Shown here one piece after another: positions 1-5,440 of a DNA stretch of 6,082 bases; the first letter of the stretch is position 1, and every line of letters begins with the position of its first letter. This DNA comes from a virus: the IMG/VR virus record IMGVR_UViG_3300020029_000044, positions 1-6,082 of that record. One strand, 5' to 3'. Under the pieces are notes generated by a model. It was not told the origin of the DNA, searched no databases, and was given only the letters and a program-made list of their open reading frames with translations. Both the position numbers and the translations under genes were made by a program.

Positions 1-121
1 GCGCGGTACTGTGTTAAATATGTTGTTAAACAGATTGGATTTGATTTTGAACAAATCCGAGATAAGTATGTTACTGTAGATGGAAAAATTCAATCATTGT
101 CTTCCCTTCTTGAGCACAAAC
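1..121. repeat. Terminal direct repeat, copy 1 (wrap-around of a circular genome; unit length 5961 nt)
   Basis: Read base by base: 1..121 (gcgcggtactgtgttaaatatg...cttgagcacaaac) is identical to 5962..6082. The repeat lies inside a coding region and restores one continuous ORF when the ends are joined. That is the signature of a circular contig written with an overlap. Confidence 0.97.
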
Positions 122-552
122 GCTACACTCGGAAGTTTGTCAGTGCTGGAGTTGGTGATTTTCTTGGCTATAATCCCCGTCCTTCTGCTCGTGTTACGTC
201 TTGGTCTTATATGGACCCTTCGAAAGGCATCGTATATAATTACGCGATCCCTCGATACTATGATCGGTACCTTAAACCAGAAGACGAAAGACGAAAAGCC
301 ATATTGGCTGCTGATGCGTATTCACGTTTTAGCAAGTCTTCTTTGGTGCGTCATATCGTTTCTTTGTGTGTTGCATCTTTCCTTCCCGCTTCCTCCGTAT
401 CCGGTCGAGATACATACACCTGGGAACAAAAGCAAGTGTTGAAATTTCGTGCCTCGAAGCGTAGGATGCCCGACCTGGATCCGCCAACCTTCCTGGATAG
501 GGACATCTTGCGCTTCTGGCGCGACGAATATAATCTTCAACTAACTATTTGA
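1..552 (+). CDS. VP4: Replication initiation protein VP4, C-terminal part (wraps from 5443..5961)
   Basis: Frame 1 is open from base 1 to TGA 550..552. The track shows only 97..552, starting from an internal TTG. The catalytic motif YCVKYVVK is at 7..30. The reading frame is continuous with 5443..5961 through the terminal repeat. Confidence 0.93.
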   Translation, partial: ARYCVKYVVKQIGFDFEQIRDKYVTVDGKIQSLSSLLEHKRYTRKFVSAGVGDFLGYNPRPSARVTSWSYMDPSKGIVYNYAIPRYYDRYLKPEDERRKAILAADAYSRFSKSSLVRHIVSLCVASFLPASSVSGRDTYTWEQKQVLKFRASKRRMPDLDPPTFLDRDILRFWRDEYNLQLTI

Positions 553-554
553 TT

Positions 555-2348
555 ATGGGAAAACAACCCTTCATTTCGCATGCTGTGAATGGCTACTCTC
601 GCTACGACGTTCCCGAGAGCAAGGCCTTTACGTGCACACCGGGTATTTTGTATCCAGTGCGCGTCGATTTTATTAATGCACGTGATCGTGTATCTATCGA
701 TCAGGGTATTGATGTTCGTAGTAATTCTCTTGCTGTTCCGTCATTCAACCCCTACACTGTTCGACTTCACCGTTTTTGGGTGCCGCTTCAGTTGTATCAC
801 CCCGAGTTGAGGACGAATAGTAGTAAGTTCGACATGAACAATTTAAGTTTGAATTTTGTCGCCGCCTCATCGACTGCGTCTTATCCGTATACTACTAACA
901 ATTACCCTTATTCCAACTCACTGCTTCGCTGGCTGCGTATTGTTCCAGCCACTATTCCAGTGACGACTTCTAGCAATGTTCCCATGTCGGCCAACCTTTC
1001 GACTGCCCAATTGGGACACCCCCTGGGTTGGTGTACTGCCGATTCCTATCTTGCTTATTGGGATATTGTTCGCAACTATTACAGCTACTCTCAGTGGGGT
1101 CTCTACTCTTTTGCCTGGCCTAGTAGTTGGTATTTCATTCCCAATAACACTGGCACCGCATATAACGTTTCCCAGTTCAGTGACAAGCAGTCGTTTTTCA
1201 CACAAAGGTTCGGAAATCTCGAATTCCTGGATGCTTATTTTGAGAGCCAGTTCTATCCTTCGGCCGTGCCGTCGTCGAACAATACGTATAATAGAGGAAA
1301 CCTTTTTTCTCAGATATTGCTCTCCGATCTTGGCGCTACGATTACTGCTTCCAAGGACGGCTATCCCGTTTCCACTATTTACCCTGGAAGTACCTCGCTG
1401 ACTGCTGCAGGTCCTGCGGATCAGTTTGCCGTTGAACCTGGTACTACGGACGTTACTACGCTTGGAGCATTTCTTGTATCCCATCCGATGGCTGTTGTAC
1501 CTGCGAACCCTGACCGTTACAGTCGTTTACTCCCTGTTGGTAGTTCCGAGGGCGTTTCCATGTCTGGTGTTTCAACTATTCCACAATTGGCTATTGCTTC
1601 ACGTCTCCAGGAATACAAGGATTTGCTTGGCGCTGGAGGTAGTCGATATAGCGACTGGCTTGAAACGTTCTTTGCATCAAGGATCGAACATGTTGATCGT
1701 CCCAAGCTTCTGTTTAGTGCCTCGCTGACCGTTAATGTCCAGGTTGTTATGAATCAAGCGGGTGCTAACAATTTTCAAGGTGATTCGTATTCCATGCCTC
1801 CTCTTGGTCAGCAAGGTGGTTCTATCGCATTTAACGAGCGCCTTGGTCGTCGTCAATCCTATTATTTTCGCGAGCCTGGCTACATGATTGATATGCTGAG
1901 TATTCGTCCTGTCTATTATTGGGCAGGTATCTACCCCGACTATCTCCATTATACCGGTCCTGACTACTTCAATCCGATCTACAATGATATCGGATACCAG
2001 GATGTTCCTGGATTTCAGTTTGGTTTTGGAACTACATCCACTGCGGAAACCGTGGCTTACGAGCCTTGCTTTAACGAGTTTCGATCTTCTTACGACGAGG
2101 TTCTCGGTCAGCTGTCTCGATTCCAGGGTGCTTCCAGCGCTCTACCTCTTTACTCCTATTGGGTGCAACAGCGCGTTTTGTCGGCGAGCTACAATCAGTA
2201 TTATTCCCTCCTGTTTGTGGATTTGGATCAGGTGAACTCGCCGTTCCTCTCCAGGAGAGAAGATAATTTCTTCGTTAATCTCTCGTATTCTGTTCAGAAG
2301 AAGAATTTGGTTAATAAAACATTTGCAACTCGTTTGTCCAATCGCTAA
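555..2348 (+). CDS. VP1: Major capsid protein VP1 (phiX174 F homologue, large gokushovirus/alpavirus-type form)
   Basis: 597 aa counted from ATG 555. The track start at 549 is a TTG overlapping the Rep stop, so the ATG two codons downstream is preferred. This is the largest ORF and has T-rich third codon positions. The N-terminal block FTCTPGILYPVRVDFINARDRVSI...VRLHRFWVPLQLY resembles the conserved N-terminal strands of Microviridae capsid proteins, including the FFVP.R-type block. At about 600 aa it fits capsids that carry the large surface insertion and have no separate spike (G) gene. Confidence 0.95.
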   Translation: MGKQPFISHAVNGYSRYDVPESKAFTCTPGILYPVRVDFINARDRVSIDQGIDVRSNSLAVPSFNPYTVRLHRFWVPLQLYHPELRTNSSKFDMNNLSLNFVAASSTASYPYTTNNYPYSNSLLRWLRIVPATIPVTTSSNVPMSANLSTAQLGHPLGWCTADSYLAYWDIVRNYYSYSQWGLYSFAWPSSWYFIPNNTGTAYNVSQFSDKQSFFTQRFGNLEFLDAYFESQFYPSAVPSSNNTYNRGNLFSQILLSDLGATITASKDGYPVSTIYPGSTSLTAAGPADQFAVEPGTTDVTTLGAFLVSHPMAVVPANPDRYSRLLPVGSSEGVSMSGVSTIPQLAIASRLQEYKDLLGAGGSRYSDWLETFFASRIEHVDRPKLLFSASLTVNVQVVMNQAGANNFQGDSYSMPPLGQQGGSIAFNERLGRRQSYYFREPGYMIDMLSIRPVYYWAGIYPDYLHYTGPDYFNPIYNDIGYQDVPGFQFGFGTTSTAETVAYEPCFNEFRSSYDEVLGQLSRFQGASSALPLYSYWVQQRVLSASYNQYYSLLFVDLDQVNSPFLSRREDNFFVNLSYSVQKKNLVNKTFATRLSNR

Positions 2349-2360
2349 TACATTAATCTT

Positions 2361-2657
2361 ATGGCACTTGATTGGTTACTTGAGGACGCCCCCGCTTATG
2401 TTTCTCGTGGGCAGCGCATCCTCTCCGTTCTTAATGGTTCTGGCTCTGTCGATATTCTTCCTGGTCGTCCGGACGTGACGGCGGAGCCCGCTGACTTCGA
2501 TAAGGGTGAGAAGTTTGACCCTGATATTGATTTTGATCCTAATGCTTTCTCTCGTATGGATAAGTTTGACGGCCTTGAGGTAGGTCAAGAACTTATTGAT
2601 TTAGAGTTGGATAGACCGAGGTCTGCTTCTAAATCTGCCGATTCTGAAGAAAAATAG
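2361..2657 (+). CDS. Small acidic protein, possible internal scaffolding protein (VP3-like by charge and position only)
   Basis: 98 aa from ATG 2361 to TAG 2655..2657, 12 nt after the VP1 stop. It has 23 D/E against 11 K/R, with repeated KFD/DPD motifs (EKFDPDIDFDP, DKFDG). Codon style matches the neighbouring genes. I recognise no family motif; the scaffold call is inference. Confidence 0.6.
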   Translation: MALDWLLEDAPAYVSRGQRILSVLNGSGSVDILPGRPDVTAEPADFDKGEKFDPDIDFDPNAFSRMDKFDGLEVGQELIDLELDRPRSASKSADSEEK

Positions 2658-2679
2658 TACTTTCTTTACTTGACGATAT

Positions 2680-2922
2680 ATGTTACGTGCGCGGACCCCT
2701 TCTGTGAGAGTCCGTGAATCGCTGAAGGTTATTGGTAACGACTGCAGGAGAGGCCGCGCATTTTTCTATCGTTCTTTAATTTTTAATTATGAAACTCAAA
2801 GATGTCTTGCACTCCAAAAAGTTTTGGGCGCTGGTTACGGCGATCGTGGCTGCCCTTGCGTCTTTTTTCCTCGAATCGTGTACGGCGCGACATTATGTCG
2901 TCCAGTCGGCGTCCTCCGTTAA
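2680..2922 (+). CDS. Hypothetical very basic Arg/Cys-rich 80-aa protein (possible DNA-binding/packaging protein); overlaps 2789..2986 in another frame
   Basis: ATG 2680, frame 1. It has 13 R + 2 K against 4 D/E, and 5 Cys. The codons (cgt, ggt, gct, cct, tct; G-rich first and pyrimidine-rich third positions, e.g. ggc gct ggt tac ggc gat cgt ggc tgc cct tgc gtc) resemble the preferred codons of VP1 and VP2. Two points count against it: its 5' third coincides with the 2688..2760 hairpin, and the start context (gatatATG) differs from the other genes. Confidence 0.3.
   Translation: MLRARTPSVRVRESLKVIGNDCRRGRAFFYRSLIFNYETQRCLALQKVLGAGYGDRGCPCVFFPRIVYGATLCRPVGVLR
2688..2765 (+). terminator. Long imperfect hairpin closed by a 7-bp GC helix and followed by T5 (possible terminator or ssDNA structural signal)
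   Basis: TGCGCGG (2688..2694) pairs perfectly with CCGCGCA (2754..2760). After a bulged A2695 the helix continues with C2696-G2753 and C2697-G2752. A C2698/A2751 mismatch follows, then 2699..2704 (CTTCTG) pairs with 2745..2750 (CAGGAG) with one G-T wobble. TTTTT lies at 2761..2765. The apical region of about 40 nt is only weakly paired, so this is not a textbook intrinsic terminator. Confidence 0.3.
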
Positions 2923-2986
2923 GTCCGGTGATACCACCAGAACTGTTATCACATACGAGCAGATAGGTAACTTTAAACGCCCTTAA
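2789..2986 (+). CDS. Small secreted/membrane protein with a lipoprotein-like signal peptide (65 aa)
   Basis: Sequence: MKLKDVLHSKK-FWALVTAIVAALASFFL-ESC-TARHYVV.... It has a Lys-rich n-region and a 17-residue hydrophobic h-region. A lipobox-like L-E-S-C follows, with Cys31 at 2879..2881, leaving a 35-aa mature part. The start context aattATG is the same as VP2. Its TAA (2984..2986) is separated from the VP2 ATG by only TT, the same junction seen at Rep/VP1 and at ORF65/Rep. Caveat: Ala codons are mostly GCG, which is atypical for this genome. Confidence 0.58.
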   Translation: MKLKDVLHSKKFWALVTAIVAALASFFLESCTARHYVVQSASSVKSGDTTRTVITYEQIGNFKRP

Positions 2987-2988
2987 TT

Positions 2989-4359
2989 ATGCCTGCTCCT
3001 GTTGCTGCTGCTCTTGCCGGAACTTCATTCGGCAAACAGTTATATCAAGGCGCCGCTCAATCTGGTGCATCTGGCCTTATCTCCGGTGGTATTGGTCAGA
3101 TTTTTGCCGGCATGAACGCCCGTCGCCAATGGAAATACACTCAGAAGCAAATGGCCCTTCAGCAGAAGTATGCCCTTGAGCAGATGGCCAAGCAGGCTGA
3201 GTACGAGTATGGTAATTGGCAAAAACAGTTTGATTACGAGAACGCATACAACGACCCGTCCAAGGTTTTTGATCGTTATAGCAAGGCCGGTGTTACGCCC
3301 GCTGCTGTTTTAGGCGGCTCCGGTGTTGGTGTCAATGCTACCATGTCCGGTGGTTCTGCCGGTTCTGTCGGTGCTTCCGGTCCTTCGGGTGGTTTTTCTG
3401 CCCCTGGTGTTGGTCCTCTCGATATGACCGCTGTTGGTCAGAACATGCTTACTGCTTCGGAATCTCGGCGTAATCAGGCTGCCGCTGCTCGCGATGAGGC
3501 TGAAGCTCGTTCTATTGACGATCAGAACGTTGGCAACCAACTTTATACTGCTATGGCCAGGGCCCGTGTAGGTCTTGATGAGGCGATTGCCAAACATAAC
3601 CTGGCTGCTCGCGATGTTCTTAAGGTTCAGGAGGATATAGAAAAGAATAATCGATTTATTTCCGATGCCACCCTCTTGAGTTCTGTTGATGAAAAGAAGA
3701 ATCAGGCTACCCTTGTTGCCGCAGAGGTTAAGCGTTTAGGTATTGAGAATGAAAATTTAGGCAAACTCATGTCTGCCCAGGCTTTTATGATGAATACCCA
3801 GGGCGAACTCAATCGGATTCTTGGTGAACAGGCTCGCGAGGTAATTCAATCTCTCCGCCTTGATAATCTTGATTCTGCTTATGAGCTTTCGCGTAATTGG
3901 GATGAGCGCTTTTCCGTTGAAATTCCTAATCCTCAGTATTCGGAAAATATCAGGAGTAGCAACCCTGTTGTTCGCGCCAATCCTGGCCCTCGATCCTTTA
4001 CCGTTTCAATGTCTCTTAAGGATTTCCTCGATAAGACTGTTGTGAATCAGGCGAATGCTTCTGAATTTCTCCCCGAACAGGCTCGCGTTGCCCTTCGTAA
4101 CGCAAAGCTTGATCCGTATATTGAAATTTCGAAAGCCCTTATTGGTGTTGCCGGTAGTATCACTGGTGCTGGTATTATCCGTGGTGGAATGTCGCGTGCG
4201 GCCGGCACTATTTCTGCCGGTGGTTCTTCCGCCAATTCCACGACCTCTTCCATGACCACTCGTTACAATTCCAGGGGCGATGTTGTTGGTTATGCCAAAA
4301 CTGAAATGAATCGTAGCGGTTATTCGAGTTCGTACAATAATTCTCGTCGTTCGCGTTAA
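2989..4359 (+). CDS. VP2: Minor capsid / DNA pilot protein VP2 (phiX174 H analogue)
   Basis: 456 aa. The N-terminus is Gly/Ala-rich and hydrophobic (PAPVAAALAGTSF...GLISGGIGQIFAG). A Q/K/M-rich helix follows, ending in DRYSKAGVTPAAVLGG, which resembles the AGLNP-type motif I recall from gokushovirus/alpavirus VP2 proteins. Next is a Gly/Ser-rich linker. The central region is long, charged and heptad-like (RNQAAAARDEAEAR...LDEAIAKHNLAARDVLKVQEDIEKNN...), consistent with a coiled-coil tube. The C-terminal tail is Gly-rich, then Ser/Asn/Arg-rich. It is the second-largest ORF, as expected for VP2. Confidence 0.87.
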   Translation: MPAPVAAALAGTSFGKQLYQGAAQSGASGLISGGIGQIFAGMNARRQWKYTQKQMALQQKYALEQMAKQAEYEYGNWQKQFDYENAYNDPSKVFDRYSKAGVTPAAVLGGSGVGVNATMSGGSAGSVGASGPSGGFSAPGVGPLDMTAVGQNMLTASESRRNQAAAARDEAEARSIDDQNVGNQLYTAMARARVGLDEAIAKHNLAARDVLKVQEDIEKNNRFISDATLLSSVDEKKNQATLVAAEVKRLGIENENLGKLMSAQAFMMNTQGELNRILGEQAREVIQSLRLDNLDSAYELSRNWDERFSVEIPNPQYSENIRSSNPVVRANPGPRSFTVSMSLKDFLDKTVVNQANASEFLPEQARVALRNAKLDPYIEISKALIGVAGSITGAGIIRGGMSRAAGTISAGGSSANSTTSSMTTRYNSRGDVVGYAKTEMNRSGYSSSYNNSRRSR

Positions 4360-4364
4360 TTTTT

Positions 4365-4394
4365 TTTGGAATTTCATTTTTTTTGTTATATTTG
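4365..4394 (+). promoter_or_regulatory. Candidate Bacteroidota-type promoter (TTTG ... TAnnTTTG) in the AT-rich VP2-to-ORF104 spacer
   Basis: TATATTTG at 4387..4394 matches the Bacteroides -7 consensus TAnnTTTG exactly. TTTG at 4365..4368 lies 18 nt upstream; the -33 TTTG element is usually spaced about 19-21 nt as I recall. The motif sits 28 nt upstream of ATG 4422, in a 62-nt spacer containing two T8 runs (4360..4367 and 4377..4384). Confidence 0.35.
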
Positions 4395-4421
4395 CATTGT
4401 CAAACCAATAACCTTTATATC

Positions 4422-4736
4422 ATGGAAAAGTGTAATTTTGATTCAAACTTACTGATTTTCAACGTTTTCGACTACATGTTCGTTGAGTGGCTTTCTCGTC
4501 GTGGCCTTTACTCGAAATTTGTAGCAAACCTTCCGGCTGTCAAGGACAATTCGCTGCCTCATCGCACTGCTGTTTGCGGACTTATTGCTTACGTCCTTGA
4601 TACCCCTTATCTCACCTTGTCTAACGCTGTCTTTTCGGCCTTCCCTTTTGATTCGACCCCCGAGGGCTCAACCTTCTGGCTCAACGTTTCGAGAGAGTGG
4701 GAACAATTTGTCAAATCGCTTCCTCATTTTATTTAA
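4422..4736 (+). CDS. Hypothetical protein, 104 aa (ORFan)
   Basis: ATG 4422; the track start at 4383 is a TTG inside the T-rich spacer. Stop is TAA 4734..4736. The protein is aromatic-rich, with a C-terminal block FPFDSTPEGSTFWLNVSREWEQFV. Codon style is consistent with the rest of the genome. I recognise no family. Confidence 0.55.
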   Translation: MEKCNFDSNLLIFNVFDYMFVEWLSRRGLYSKFVANLPAVKDNSLPHRTAVCGLIAYVLDTPYLTLSNAVFSAFPFDSTPEGSTFWLNVSREWEQFVKSLPHFI

Positions 4737-4750
4737 TCTGCTTTTTTGCT

Positions 4751-5074
4751 ATGACACAGGTTCATCTTGTTCTTCGACGTATCAATCCTTCGCTTAAGAT
4801 TGATCTCGCCCAGGTTGGTTATATTGAGAATGGCCAGTTTGTTAGCCTTCCTGTTTCTTCCTTGAAAGATACTGTTCTTCCGACGCTGTTGAAAGCTGAT
4901 TCAATCTCCGACAGCTGTTATGTCTTCCATTCGGATGTGTCGTCCCTTGTCGTTAGCCTGTCTTCGCTTCCAGGGTTCGCTATCGAGTATTTTGACAATA
5001 CTTTGGTTGTTATGTTTGATTTTAATATTGATCTCCATGAAAGCGCGTCGAAAGAAGAAGGGAAAGGGGACTAG
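4751..5074 (+). CDS. Hypothetical protein, 107 aa (ORFan; beta-rich with an acidic/basic C-terminal tail)
   Basis: ATG 4751; the track start at 4697 is a GTG overlapping the previous ORF. Stop is TAG 5072..5074, and the gene begins 14 nt after the upstream stop. Sequence: MTQVHLVLRRINPSLKIDLAQVGYIENGQF...HESASKEEGKGD. I recognise no family. It could be a functional analogue of VP3 or VP5, but that is speculation. Confidence 0.55.
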   Translation: MTQVHLVLRRINPSLKIDLAQVGYIENGQFVSLPVSSLKDTVLPTLLKADSISDSCYVFHSDVSSLVVSLSSLPGFAIEYFDNTLVVMFDFNIDLHESASKEEGKGD

Positions 5075-5120
5075 AATCGTCACCCGCCCCCTTGGTGGTA
5101 AGGTACTTTAACTGGTTTTC

Positions 5121-5188
5121 GAAGCAGGTGCGGACAGCCAAAGGCTGTGGCCACCCACGAAGTGGGTAAGGAACCCCGCGCCTGCTTC
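5121..5188 (+). other. 68-nt three-way-junction structured element in the main intergenic region (candidate complementary-strand origin/primosome site, or a structured RNA)
   Basis: The outer stem pairs 5121..5133 (GAAGCAGGTGCGG) with 5176..5188 (CCGCGCCTGCTTC): 12 Watson-Crick pairs plus one G-T. Arm 1 is ACAGCC-AAA-GGCTGT (5134..5148), with a 6-bp stem. Arm 2 is ACCCAC-GAA-GTGGGT (5153..5167), also 6 bp. Arm 2 can be extended by CC(5151..5152)/GG(5170..5171) and GG(5149..5150)/CC(5174..5175) across two AA bulges. About 29 of a possible 34 pairs are formed, and no plausible + strand ORF covers the element. Confidence 0.6.
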
Positions 5189-5242
5189 TCCGTTTAATCG
5201 CAGTCGGCTCGCCGAATCGATTGCCCTTATATACAAATTTTT

Positions 5243-5440
5243 ATGGATGCGTATGACACTTCGAAATATTCTCCTGTGGTTGATGGTCGCCCTTTTCGGT
5301 GGTCTGTCGGAAAATATTTGGGAAAGCGACGAGTAGTTGTTGCCTGGTTTGAGTACGAACAGGATGCAAGGGATTACGTCAAAAACTCCCGTTATTACGC
5401 CCCTGGTACTAAATACGATTATTGTCAAAGTATGTTCTAG
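5243..5440 (+). CDS. Small basic aromatic-rich protein, 65 aa, possible AP2/integrase-type DNA-binding fold
   Basis: ATG 5243; stop TAG 5438..5440 is followed by TT and then the Rep ATG (coupled arrangement). Third codon positions are T-rich. The segment RPFRWSVGKYLGKRRVVVAWFEYEQDARDYV resembles the AP2-domain pattern W.a.i...gk.r.wLG.F.T.EEAA.AY (three strands followed by a helix). That resemblance rests on my memory of the family consensus. Confidence 0.55.
   Translation: MDAYDTSKYSPVVDGRPFRWSVGKYLGKRRVVVAWFEYEQDARDYVKNSRYYAPGTKYDYCQSMF

Noticed and set aside
1-121. Terminal repeats as a biological feature (DTR of a linear phage, LTR or IS ends)
   Set aside because: The copies are direct, identical, and lie in the middle of the Rep coding sequence at the catalytic Tyr motif. 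Joining them restores one intact gene. This is a linearisation/assembly overlap of a circular molecule, not a packaging or transposition repeat.
2668-2680. phiX174-like plus-strand origin (ACTTGACGATATA compared with phiX CAACTTGATATTAATAAC)
   Set aside because: Only a 6-nt ACTTGA match plus an interrupted ATAT. This is too short to be meaningful in a 6-kb AT-leaning genome, and the Rep here is very distant from gpA. The true nick site cannot be identified by eye.
4330-4385. Rho-independent terminator after VP2 (two T8 runs at 4360..4367 and 4377..4384)
   Set aside because: No convincing GC-rich stem-loop precedes either T-run; the best pairing is about 4 bp (CGAG/CTCG). I treat the region as an AT-rich spacer or promoter region.
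4433-4440. Second TAnnTTTG match (TAATTTTG)
   Set aside because: It lies inside the first codons of ORF104, with no downstream gene start it could serve. A match of this kind is expected by chance in T-rich sequence.
549-4750. Track start codons TTG 549 (VP1), TTG 97 (Rep fragment), TTG 4383 (ORF104) and GTG 4697 (ORF107)
   Set aside because: These are simply the first possible alternative starts after an upstream stop. In each case a downstream ATG (555, 4422, 4751) avoids overlap with the preceding gene or T-run and has the same T-rich context as the other genes. For Rep, the ORF actually begins at 5443 across the circular junction.
5121-5188. tRNA, tRNA-like gene or a known small self-cleaving ribozyme
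   Set aside because: The size is tRNA-like, but the architecture is wrong. It has a 13-bp closing stem, only two arms, 3-nt loops, and no anticodon-size loop or T-loop GTTC. There is no hammerhead core (CUGAUGA...GAAA) on either strand, and I recognise no twister or hairpin signature.
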